Virus record (IMG/VR): IMGVR_UViG_3300013132_000021
Origin: a virus
DNA: 64,000 nucleotides
Direction: 5' to 3' (one strand)
Positions 38,762 through 47,521 of this stretch are shown piece by piece. A program made the position numbers and the translations under genes. The notes below the pieces were generated by a model. It ran no database searches. It was not told the DNA's origin and worked only from the letters and a program-made list of their open reading frames with translations. Every line of letters begins with the position of its first letter. Positions within the stretch are counted from its first letter, which is position 1.

Positions 38762-39561
38762 ATTTTGATGAAATCTCGTAAGTTTAAATTGTTGCTTGTT
38801 AGATGCGAAAAAGCAAACGTATGGCTCCACCTAAAATCAACATTTTCCGAAATATACGGAGTATGACACACGTTGGCTTGATACATCGATAATGTTTTTT
38901 CTTTTGTTGGCACACTGCCTAAATATTCGAATCCCCATCTTGCTAAGTCGTCATCGTTGGTGTTGAACCACCCTGAACTTTTTTTAGGTATCTCAGCCAG
39001 CGATCGCCATTCTTCGTGCATTTTATGTTTTGTGTCTATTTGAAAATCGTATATTAAATCGTGCACTTCACCATGGTACTTATAAATTTTTGTACAGCTA
39101 TCCTGAAGGTCATGATCAGTGAACCATAAATTAGCTACCATTCCGTGATCATAATCCATGTGCGGTATTCTCCAGCAGCTGATAGGTTTTATCGATGATT
39201 TATAATATATGTTTCCCCATTCGTGCACCTGTGGATCGAATACCGGAAGTTTAACATTCTCAAGATAAAAATCTCTAATCAATAGGCAAATATCTTTGTG
39301 AACCCATTCTGGCACATGTATGGTATCAAATGGGTTTGGTTGGATAGAGCTAGATAAACTATTGCTTTTCTGGATAGGAAAACAACTTATCACATTTTTA
39401 AATAATTCAAACCCGTCGTCAAAAAACGGATTTTCAACGATCCAATATCCTATGCCGTAATCTAATTCTACAAATTCAAATTTCCAATCTTGAAAAGATT
39501 TAAATTTTATAATCTTATCAAAATTATTTGCATCAGGATAGCATCTTTTAAAATTCATCAT
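38758..39561 (-). CDS. putative 2OG-Fe(II) oxygenase (DUF6445-like, divergent)
   Basis: IPHMD, VANLW, distal H in CHTPY, FRWS; island context. Confidence 0.6.
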   Translation of the reverse strand: MMNFKRCYPDANNFDKIIKFKSFQDWKFEFVELDYGIGYWIVENPFFDDGFELFKNVISCFPIQKSNSLSSSIQPNPFDTIHVPEWVHKDICLLIRDFYLENVKLPVFDPQVHEWGNIYYKSSIKPISCWRIPHMDYDHGMVANLWFTDHDLQDSCTKIYKYHGEVHDLIYDFQIDTKHKMHEEWRSLAEIPKKSSGWFNTNDDDLARWGFEYLGSVPTKEKTLSMYQANVCHTPYISENVDFRWSHTFAFSHLTSNNLNLRDFIKI

Positions 39562-40157
39562 TGTATATTAAATGTCATTACATATCTAGATTCTGAACTC
39601 AAATTGGGTTGTACATAATGTTTGAGATATCCAGGAAAAATTAAAACATCATTAGTGGCAACTGAAATTTCTTGATACAGATGTTCTTCAGGAAAAATAG
39701 GCCAAGAAGATTTATGATATTCTAAAGGATCTTTAAAAACTATGTTTCCTGAATTTGGTGGGCAATTTAAATATGCTGATACCACAAAGGTAGTGTTGTT
39801 ATGATTATGTTCTATAGTTTCTCCTGAGAAGTCGTGGCGATTGACCCATGAGTTAGTGATCTTATAATCAGCAGATTGAAAATTTAAATCTTTTGCTAGT
39901 CCGAGTGTGATTATATCTATCCAATCAATAAAATGTTGTAACTCAGACCAGTGGTGTGGTTGTAGATCAGAATCGCAGCTAACAGTTGACCATGCAGATT
40001 TTTTCTCTAATAGACTATTAGTCTTGCTATGTAGAAACAGATCATCTATTTTTGGTTTTAGGGAGTCCCAATTAAAAGAATATTGATACTTCCATATAGT
40101 CGGCCGAAATAACTGTATTTCTCCGTATTGATCTTGATTAGGCAGATGATTCATCAC
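39558..40157 (-). CDS. putative 2OG-Fe(II) oxygenase (TIGR02466-like)
   Basis: NSWVN, EHNH, SAYL, SGNIVF.DP, IFPGYLKHYV, RYVMTFN. Confidence 0.85.
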   Translation of the reverse strand: MMNHLPNQDQYGEIQLFRPTIWKYQYSFNWDSLKPKIDDLFLHSKTNSLLEKKSAWSTVSCDSDLQPHHWSELQHFIDWIDIITLGLAKDLNFQSADYKITNSWVNRHDFSGETIEHNHNNTTFVVSAYLNCPPNSGNIVFKDPLEYHKSSWPIFPEEHLYQEISVATNDVLIFPGYLKHYVQPNLSSESRYVMTFNIQ

Positions 40158-40377
40158 AGATTTCTACAGCTAGTTTCAAACCCATTAGACATCCCTCCAT
40201 TTTTAATGAATCACTACTTAATTCTTGTCTCTTAGCAAAATCAATAGACGTAATGCCGTATGGGTTTAATTTAACGTTGGCGAAATCAGATTCTAATTGT
40301 TGCAACTCTTTTTGAATTTTTTCCCTTTCTATCTCAAGTGCAACCATTTTATCTAATAGAGTTTGTTTTACTGACAT
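40138..40377 (-). CDS. hypothetical coiled-coil protein
   Basis: 79 aa heptad-rich ORF in operon. Confidence 0.65.
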   Translation of the reverse strand: MSVKQTLLDKMVALEIEREKIQKELQQLESDFANVKLNPYGITSIDFAKRQELSSDSLKMEGCLMGLKLAVEICDESSA

Positions 40378-40380
40378 AAT

Positions 40381-41181
40381 TTATTTCCTTTTGGTGTAAT
40401 TTTTTAAGATCTTAGTTAATCTATTTAATCTTGAAGATAACGAATCAGTCTTCAGAATGGCACAATTAGAGGCATAAACCCAAGCTCTTTCGCGAGTCCA
40501 GTCTGCAGAATCGGCTTCATCAATAGTAACGTCATAGCTTCCCACAGACAGATATTCCCTCTTCATAGGAATAATATGGCATAGAGGTGTTCCGGCTTTT
40601 ACCAAAGTTTCTCCGTGTTTTTTTTTCCAAAACAATTGAATGTTTAAGTTGTATCCATATCTACTATCTAAAATTCCAGTAGCTGAAAAAAATCTATCTT
40701 CGTTGTTATAATGCACCGGCATCATTACAAATACAATATCATCTGATGCCTCAACCCTCCAAGGAGTTTCTATTTTTACGATAGAACTTAATATTTCTGA
40801 AGGATCGTCTAACAAGCACATAGTTTGATTCGGTCCGTGTACCGCCGATACATACCGTGCCACATCGAGCGGATATTCTGGTCCGATTTTGAATCTCCAG
40901 GGTTCCCGCCAGTCATAAGATATACCAGATTCGTGTACTTTGATTATAAAATCAGCAGGAGCCGGTACTATCCACCCAGCCGAGGTGAGTTTAAGAATCC
41001 CCGGACAGTTTTTGGTTGACATCACATTCTGATCTTCTGGCCAAGATCTATATTTTCGACTCAGCTGTTTAGATGGATATATGGGATATAGAGTTGTGAC
41101 TCCTGGCTCCATCGAGTAAAATCGTACCCAGGGTTTTTTCTTCCAAATTTTACCAAATAGTTTTTTACACAGAATGCTCAT
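40381..41181 (-). CDS. hypothetical protein, possibly dUTPase-like beta-clip fold
   Basis: TKNCPGI, GWIVPAPADF, KIETPW, GILD, VKAGTPLCHIIP; start at MSILC after GGAG. Confidence 0.55.
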   Translation of the reverse strand: MSILCKKLFGKIWKKKPWVRFYSMEPGVTTLYPIYPSKQLSRKYRSWPEDQNVMSTKNCPGILKLTSAGWIVPAPADFIIKVHESGISYDWREPWRFKIGPEYPLDVARYVSAVHGPNQTMCLLDDPSEILSSIVKIETPWRVEASDDIVFVMMPVHYNNEDRFFSATGILDSRYGYNLNIQLFWKKKHGETLVKAGTPLCHIIPMKREYLSVGSYDVTIDEADSADWTRERAWVYASNCAILKTDSLSSRLNRLTKILKNYTKRK

Positions 41182-42772
41182 CGACTCCGCCATATATATT
41201 TTGTTTTAGAAATTCATAATGGGAAGGGCAACTTTTTACATAATCAATTACATAATCTTTATATTGTTCGTGATTACGTCTTGTAACATTTAATTCTTCG
41301 GTTTTTAAACCAGTCCAATCTTTATAGTACACAAGAGGTTTAAGAGATTCTGGTCGAATACCTTGACCGGCTGCTATGTACATGGCTCCTTGCATATCGG
41401 GAGGGTATACTTGATTAGCTGTTACGTTGCCTATAAGGTTAGCAAATCCACCATGTGTGGCTATAAAATCGTTCATCATATCTGGAGCATATTCGTTAAT
41501 CTGAGTGCACCAACGCCAATATGGGGTATCTGTTCGCATACTAAATGCATAATGCATGGCTACAAAATCTTTGAAGGTTGTTACTTCTCTGTCAACTGCT
41601 AAATTAAATCCGTCTTTTTCGATTCTAGAAACATACCCGTTTCTTCTGTTTAAAATTTCTATCAGCTTTATGATATTTTCGTGTGTGGTGAGTAGTCCAG
41701 TAGATTCTAAAGGTTCGACAAAACCATAACTGAGTCCTATACCTACGACATTTTCTACCCAAGCTCTACGACGTTTGCCGTGTGAGATCTTCACTTGAAA
41801 CATTTCTGCTTGTTCTGCGATTTCTGGACTGTGCTTTACAGCTAAGTGAGTACGAAATTCTTTTTGTGCATCTTCTGGAGTAACAAATCTTGTTGAAAAA
41901 ACATACCCAGTACCAATTCTATTCCATAGTGGGATATTCCAAACCCAACCGTTATCTAGTGCATGACAATCTGTAACGTTGTGCATTTCACGTTCTCTAT
42001 CGATGTATGGAATTCTACATGCCCATGCCATATCATTAGCAAGGCTGTCTTTAAATGAAACAAATTGTGAGCCCATCCAATTTTCTAATAGAATAGATTT
42101 AAATCCTGTACAATCAATCCACAGATCTGATTTAAGAATCTGCCCAGTCTCTGTAAATATCTCTGTGATGTTACCAGATCTGTCTTTTTTATAACTATGA
42201 ATATCGCCCTGTAGATGTTTGACACCATTCGGGATAGCTATGTTATCTCGTAGATAATTTCCAAAAAGTCCTGCATCCATGTGATATGCAGTATCATATT
42301 TGAAATTAAAATTTCGCAAGACGCCTTGTTCATTTTTTGACTGTTTATTGTATTTGGCCAACATGGTATTTCCTGTACAGAAAAATTCTGCAAATGATTC
42401 AGGACCAAATTCTTTAGGAAACATTGCTGCTAGCTCTACCCAAGACTGAATACCGTTGGGCTTGTCTGTGAGATCAAATCCGGGAGCAAACGGATATTCA
42501 AATGATTCTCCTTGTCCCTGTCTAAAATTGGTAAATCTTATTGAATTTTTATAAGTAGCATTACACGCTGCCATCCAGTCTTCGTCTTTCAAATCTAAAA
42601 TATGTAAAAATTTATTGATATGGCCTAGTGTGCTTTCGCCCACCCCAACCGTGCCTATCTTTTGAGATTCGATTAGAGTAATTTCTAAAAAGGGGCATAG
42701 TTTTGATAAGGCAGCAGCGGTCATCCATCCTGAAGATCCTCCGCCGATTATGGTAATTTTTTTTATATGCAT
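41165..42772 (-). CDS. flavin-dependent halogenase (tryptophan halogenase family) 4
   Basis: GGGSSG, GVGEST, ATYKNSIRF, WVWNIP, FVEPLESTG. Confidence 0.93.
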   Translation of the reverse strand: MHIKKITIIGGGSSGWMTAAALSKLCPFLEITLIESQKIGTVGVGESTLGHINKFLHILDLKDEDWMAACNATYKNSIRFTNFRQGQGESFEYPFAPGFDLTDKPNGIQSWVELAAMFPKEFGPESFAEFFCTGNTMLAKYNKQSKNEQGVLRNFNFKYDTAYHMDAGLFGNYLRDNIAIPNGVKHLQGDIHSYKKDRSGNITEIFTETGQILKSDLWIDCTGFKSILLENWMGSQFVSFKDSLANDMAWACRIPYIDREREMHNVTDCHALDNGWVWNIPLWNRIGTGYVFSTRFVTPEDAQKEFRTHLAVKHSPEIAEQAEMFQVKISHGKRRRAWVENVVGIGLSYGFVEPLESTGLLTTHENIIKLIEILNRRNGYVSRIEKDGFNLAVDREVTTFKDFVAMHYAFSMRTDTPYWRWCTQINEYAPDMMNDFIATHGGFANLIGNVTANQVYPPDMQGAMYIAAGQGIRPESLKPLVYYKDWTGLKTEELNVTRRNHEQYKDYVIDYVKSCPSHYEFLKQNIYGGVDEHSV

Positions 42773-42917
42773 ACATTTTTCCTTTGGTGATTTATTTATT
42801 GATATTAAATCATAGAAATATTATTTTGATATATCGTATATCTGTATCGTTTTTGGATTTCTATACTGCTCGTAGGGATATTTTCCGTTCCATTTACTAC
42901 ATCTCGAAGAGATTATA

Positions 42918-43511
42918 TTATAATTTTTCATTTAGATTAAATGCCAAGCTAATTCTAGGTTCAGTGTTATTATGGGGATATACTCCGTGTCTTAGATTGC
43001 TCCTAAATACAACAAGTTGACCTTCTAAAGGTTGATAGATAGCGGCCGTACAATTTAAATCTGTGTCCTTGTCTACTCGGATAGGTCTCATTTCAAATAT
43101 TGAATTGGGATTTTCAAAAACCAGTCGACCGCTTTTTTCAGGTACAGAAACATAATATATCGCGCTGAAATCAAATCCTGGATGTATGTGCGGTTCTTGG
43201 AAATCTCCCTTTTCATAATAATTCATCCAGCACTGCTGTATCTGATAGTTTTTGATGCTTCCGTAGCTCCTTGAAAAATCATCGACTTCCAGTTCCACCC
43301 AATTAGAAAAATCACACAGTATTGGGGAATCTTTAAGAAGAGGATTCTGGAATCCCTTCTGTATCGATTTGGTCCAAAATGGCCAACCTTCGATCTCGCC
43401 GGACGACGAGTAGTCCTTTTTTGGATATAATTTTAACAATTCTTTTTTTAAAGAATCATGATACGGATAAAAAGAATGGTAGATTCCTATAGGAAACCAA
43501 TAAGTTATCAT
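42918..43511 (-). CDS. putative 2OG-Fe(II) oxygenase (TIGR02466-like)
   Basis: CWMN, QEPHIH, FSAIYY, VFRSNLRHGV, RISLAFN. Confidence 0.87.
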   Translation of the reverse strand: MITYWFPIGIYHSFYPYHDSLKKELLKLYPKKDYSSSGEIEGWPFWTKSIQKGFQNPLLKDSPILCDFSNWVELEVDDFSRSYGSIKNYQIQQCWMNYYEKGDFQEPHIHPGFDFSAIYYVSVPEKSGRLVFENPNSIFEMRPIRVDKDTDLNCTAAIYQPLEGQLVVFRSNLRHGVYPHNNTEPRISLAFNLNEKL

Positions 43512-43531
43512 CCTGTATTTAATTAGATAAA

Positions 43532-43559
43532 AAAATGCCCTAAATTTTTAGGGCATTTT
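43532..43559 (-). terminator. rho-independent terminator
   Basis: AAAATGCCCTAAA/TTTAGGGCATTTT inverted repeat, followed on the minus strand by TAAATA before the oxygenase gene. Confidence 0.75.
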
Positions 43560-43583
43560 CCTTACAACCTCGATTCGTTGAAT

Positions 43584-44084
43584 CTAAGCGATGTATCCCT
43601 TCCATCCTGGATATCTTGTCCACGACGGAATTTCAACCGTAGATGGTCTGCATGGTTTATCCTCTGAAGGTTCAGAACTAAGAGCCTGTGCCTGCAAATA
43701 TTCTTCTGTTAACGTAGCCGGGTCTGGATCTGCCGGCGGACGTTCAATCATGGTTTTAACCGTAGCTATGTGATTGAACCACTCTCCGTTGGTGTCTAAA
43801 CTTCCATTTTGTCGAATGTCGTGATAGATTAAATCTAATTGTTCTTCAATCCGTCCATAAGCAACTTTTCTAGCAACTTTTTTATCGGTATAAGGAGCGT
43901 CTCTTTCCACCCATATCATTTGTTGTCGACTGGGACTCCATTCCAATGTCCATTCTCTTTGAATATTATCTGGTGCATCTACCCAAGCGATAGTAGCACC
44001 TGCGCCTTCATAAATTAAAAAATCTTCGCCGGGATCTACAATATCTTGTACATATCCTTGATAGGTCACTATTACTTTTTTCAT
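43584..44084 (-). CDS. hypothetical protein, possible tail fibre assembly chaperone
   Basis: Directly follows the fibre paralogs; R..AY..IEEQLD.IYHD pattern resembles phage fibre-associated small proteins. Confidence 0.55.
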   Translation of the reverse strand: MKKVIVTYQGYVQDIVDPGEDFLIYEGAGATIAWVDAPDNIQREWTLEWSPSRQQMIWVERDAPYTDKKVARKVAYGRIEEQLDLIYHDIRQNGSLDTNGEWFNHIATVKTMIERPPADPDPATLTEEYLQAQALSSEPSEDKPCRPSTVEIPSWTRYPGWKGYIA

Positions 44085-44099
44085 ATGTTATCCTCAAAT

Positions 44100-44954
44100 T
44101 TATCTAAATTCTTCAACCACCACAATTCCTGGACGTCCATCTGATCCTCGATGTCCACTGAAATATCCACCAGTGCCTCCGGTTCCCGGAGCTGCGTGTC
44201 CTTGATGATTGTGTGTGAAATTTCCACCGTTTGGGTGTCCCGACGGAGCAGCCCCTCCAAAATGTGTAGCGCCGCCCATACCAAAACTATGGTGATGATC
44301 GCCACCCGATCCTTGGTGAAGATTTAGATTACCACCTGATCCCGTTCCACTCACACCGCCGCAGTGTTGTGCTTGTCTATTGGCACCATGTCCACCACCT
44401 GCGCTCATGAATGGACCAAAACTGGTGGTCCCCCCGTCGCCGCCAGCACTTGAGTAATATGTTCCACCACCACCACCACCGATGGTTACGCTAACACTGC
44501 TGGTTCCTGTGACATCGATAATTCTTTCTGAATAGCCACCAGCGCCACCACTTTCACCGTGACCACCTCCACCACCACCACCTGCTACTAATTTAACTCT
44601 GATAAATCTAACTCCGCTGGGTCTATTCCAGGTTGAGCTGCCAGTAAAAACCTGCATGCCGCTGAATCCGATTGATCTATATTCTAAGGCATTATTAGCT
44701 GAATTGGTTATTAGTACAGTATTTGCTGCACCGATTGTGGTTAGGCCGGTGCCGCCTTGAGGTACACCAACAGAACCTGTGGTAATTGCAGATGTTAGAT
44801 TAACTGAACCTGTGGTCAACTTTGCAGATGTTACAGCATCATTGGCTATATCTGAAGTTGGAAGTGTTCTACTAGCAATATTGCTATTTGTTAGTGCATT
44901 GTTAACAATAGAATTCTGTGTTAAATTTTTCAAAGTTTGATAATTAAACGGCAT
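44100..44954 (-). CDS. Gly/His-rich tail fibre/adhesin-like protein, paralog A
   Basis: MPFNYQ start, pentapeptide-like shaft, FTGSSTW.RPSGV..I.V..V.GGGGG glycine-rich domain with numerous His. Confidence 0.75.
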   Translation of the reverse strand: MPFNYQTLKNLTQNSIVNNALTNSNIASRTLPTSDIANDAVTSAKLTTGSVNLTSAITTGSVGVPQGGTGLTTIGAANTVLITNSANNALEYRSIGFSGMQVFTGSSTWNRPSGVRFIRVKLVAGGGGGGGHGESGGAGGYSERIIDVTGTSSVSVTIGGGGGGTYYSSAGGDGGTTSFGPFMSAGGGHGANRQAQHCGGVSGTGSGGNLNLHQGSGGDHHHSFGMGGATHFGGAAPSGHPNGGNFTHNHQGHAAPGTGGTGGYFSGHRGSDGRPGIVVVEEFR

Positions 44955-44970
44955 CTTGTTATCCTATTTG

Positions 44971-45828
44971 TTAATAATATTCATAGACTACTACTATACC
45001 CGGTCTACCATCAGCACCTCTATGTCCACTGAAATAACCGCTGGTACCACCTGTACCTGGAGCAGAATGTCCTTGATGATTATGTGCGAAATTACCACCG
45101 TTTGGGTGTCCTGCTGGACCTGCTCCGCCAAAATATGTTGATCCTCCCATACCGGTGGATCGCTGTTCGTGACCACCACCTGATCCTTGGTGAAGATTTA
45201 TATCACCGCCTGAGCCTCCTCCACTTAGGCCACCGTTGTGTTGGTTGTGTCTATTGGCACCATGTCCGCCACCTGCGCTCAGGAATGGACCAAAACTGGT
45301 AGCCCCCCCGTTGCCGCCAGCACTTGAGTAATATGTTCCACCACCACCACCACCGACGGTTATGCTAACACTGCTGGTTCCTGTGACATCGATAATTCTT
45401 TCTGAGTAGCCTCCGGCCGCACCACTTTCCCCGTGTCCGCTGCCACCTCCACCACCTGCTACTAATATAACATGTATGAATCTTACTCCTGATGGGCGAC
45501 TCCAGGTTGAGCTGCCGGTAAAAACCTGCATACTCCTGATACCGCATTCTCTGAATGTATAGGCATTGTTTGCGTCATTAACACCTAGGATTCGATTTGC
45601 ACCTGCAAAGCCTGTTAGACCGGTTCCTCCAGACCCAGCTGGAATTGAGCCTGTTACCTTTGCACCTGTTAAATTTACTGATGCATTGGCTAGTTCGCTA
45701 GCTGTAATTGTAGAGTTAGCTAAATTTGTACTGGTAACTGCATCGTTAGCAAAATCTGCACCCGTAAGAGTGTTTGCTACAAAAGAACTAGAATTTAAAT
45801 TCCTTAAAGATTGATAGTTAAAAGGCAT
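44971..45828 (-). CDS. Gly/His-rich tail fibre/adhesin-like protein, paralog B
   Basis: Same architecture as paralog A. Confidence 0.75.
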   Translation of the reverse strand: MPFNYQSLRNLNSSSFVANTLTGADFANDAVTSTNLANSTITASELANASVNLTGAKVTGSIPAGSGGTGLTGFAGANRILGVNDANNAYTFRECGIRSMQVFTGSSTWSRPSGVRFIHVILVAGGGGGSGHGESGAAGGYSERIIDVTGTSSVSITVGGGGGGTYYSSAGGNGGATSFGPFLSAGGGHGANRHNQHNGGLSGGGSGGDINLHQGSGGGHEQRSTGMGGSTYFGGAGPAGHPNGGNFAHNHQGHSAPGTGGTSGYFSGHRGADGRPGIVVVYEYY

Positions 45829-45837
45829 CGATTTCTC

Positions 45838-46689
45838 TTAATAAAAGTTAGTTACAATAATTATGCCAGGTCGCCCGTCAGTTCCTCTATAACTGTGGAA
45901 ATGAGCTCCGCCGCCACCTGCTCCAAGAGCAGAATGTCCGTTATGATTGTGACCAAATTGTCCACCGTTGGGATAATTGCTAGCAGTTCCGCCACCAAAG
46001 AAACTTTCCGCCACAGACGATGAATCTCTGGCATGATGACTGTAGCCACCGCCTGTATGAATATTAAGATTACCACCCGATCCCGCTCCACTCACACCGC
46101 CGCAGTGTTGTGCTTGTCTATTGGCACCATGTCCACCGCCGGCACTTATGTATGGACCGAAACTAGAAGAGTTTCCGTTACCTGCTGCTCCAGAATAATA
46201 TGTTCCACCACCACCACCACCGATGGTTACGCCCACACTTGAAATTCCTGTAACATCTAAAAATCTTTCAGCATAGCCACCTGCTGCTCCGCCCTCTCCG
46301 TGTCCGCTGCCACCACCACCTGCGCCATTTACCTGAACTTTTATATATTTTACTCCGGCTGGGCGAGTCCAGGTTGAGCTGCCGGTATACACATTTATAC
46401 TGGCTATTCCGTGAGGTTGTTGACTTAAATTTGTTCCGTCACTTTGAAGAGCTCTTCCTGCTCCAGAAAAACCAGCTACTCCTAGGCCGCCACGCGATGC
46501 AGGTAATGTTCCTGTTACTGTTGCGCTACTTAAATTTACAGCACCTGTGCCTAATTTAGCTTCAGTTACACTGGCTAATACTAGTCTATCACCGGCAACG
46601 GTGGTGTTTTGTAATTTACCTGCCGTAATAGTACCATCAGTAACTGATTGTGAAGTATATTGTTTTAGTGTTTGATAGTTGAATGGCAT
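45838..46689 (-). CDS. Gly/His-rich tail fibre/adhesin-like protein, paralog C
   Basis: Same architecture as paralogs A and B. Confidence 0.75.
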   Translation of the reverse strand: MPFNYQTLKQYTSQSVTDGTITAGKLQNTTVAGDRLVLASVTEAKLGTGAVNLSSATVTGTLPASRGGLGVAGFSGAGRALQSDGTNLSQQPHGIASINVYTGSSTWTRPAGVKYIKVQVNGAGGGGSGHGEGGAAGGYAERFLDVTGISSVGVTIGGGGGGTYYSGAAGNGNSSSFGPYISAGGGHGANRQAQHCGGVSGAGSGGNLNIHTGGGYSHHARDSSSVAESFFGGGTASNYPNGGQFGHNHNGHSALGAGGGGAHFHSYRGTDGRPGIIIVTNFY

Positions 46690-46695
46690 AATATT

Positions 46696-47166
46696 TTATA
46701 TAGAATCTAACAACCAGCCTCTAGTAGCATCATAATATGTCATAGACAGTGCTGCACCTTGTGTGCTGATAGTCATAGTATCATTGGTTCGCATAATAGG
46801 GGCACCGTTGGGTACCACTGAACAATTATTGGTTTGAAATGTACCGTGGGTGTCATAGATTTTAATGACATCTCCTTGTCTTGGACTAGCCGGTAGAGTT
46901 AAATTTACTGCTGCTGACGTGGTGTTGACCCAGTAGGCATGATTTGATCCCATGGTTTGGCTACTAGCTACTGCTAGATTTGGCAATGCCCCTACCACAA
47001 ACCAATAACTGCCGTTCCAAATTTCTAGTTGATTAACGTCAGTGTTGAAATATTGAAAACCTTTTTGGTCTCCAGCCAGTGTTGGTCGTTGAGCTGTGCT
47101 ACCGGTACCTACTAAAATAAACTCTTCGGTTATAGGTTGGATTCCGACTCTTGTGTGACGTCCCAT
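46696..47166 (-). CDS. small virion structural protein
   Basis: GSTAQRP..G..YFNTD...LEIWNG.W motif plus YWVNTT....LTLPASP..GD.I domain common in phage tail proteins. Confidence 0.65.
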   Translation of the reverse strand: MGRHTRVGIQPITEEFILVGTGSTAQRPTLAGDQKGFQYFNTDVNQLEIWNGSYWFVVGALPNLAVASSQTMGSNHAYWVNTTSAAVNLTLPASPRQGDVIKIYDTHGTFQTNNCSVVPNGAPIMRTNDTMTISTQGAALSMTYYDATRGWLLDSI

Positions 47167-47178
47167 AATATTTTCCTT

Positions 47179-47499
47179 TTACGCAGTAGTGGTTTCGATA
47201 CCATAGACCATAGCAGTTACGTTAGCAGCACTAGAACGTGCCACTATTAGTTTTCCTGTATCTAATACTAGTCCGGTTCTTTCTAAAACACCACTTGGTC
47301 CTATCTGAACATCATATTCTACGAATTCCGCATTGCCCGGAGTAGCTGTTGTAGCTACTGCTAATCTTGCTGTCACGTTGACCGCATTTCTATTGCAGAT
47401 GCTTACTGTGACTACTGCAAATGTACTAGCAGGCACTGTGTAAAGCGTGGTATTGGTGGCAGCAGATAAATCCGCTGCTCCTAGTCTTCCTGTTGCCAT
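47179..47499 (-). CDS. small virion structural protein
   Basis: LYTVPAST...V.V.ICN beta-sandwich pattern; similar to 61157-61489. Confidence 0.6.
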   Translation of the reverse strand: MATGRLGAADLSAATNTTLYTVPASTFAVVTVSICNRNAVNVTARLAVATTATPGNAEFVEYDVQIGPSGVLERTGLVLDTGKLIVARSSAANVTAMVYGIETTTA

Positions 47500-47521
47500 A
47501 ATTTATTCTCCATGTTTATAT

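Noticed and set aside
42773-42917. 145-nt intergenic gap and plus-strand ORF 42784-43020
   Set aside because: AT-rich with no convincing structure or RBS; explained as a promoter region of halogenase 4
26047-43511. Island as a DNA base hypermodification (TET/JBP-like) pathway
   Set aside because: No recognisable TET/JBP, thymidylate synthase-like, DNA methylase or DNA glycosyltransferase genes in the island, and the context is late/tail; not excluded without nucleoside analysis
44100-46689. Near-identical repeats as a possible diversity-generating retroelement (TR/VR)
   Set aside because: No reverse transcriptase in the window, all copies lie inside intact coding paralogs, and differences are not adenine-specific
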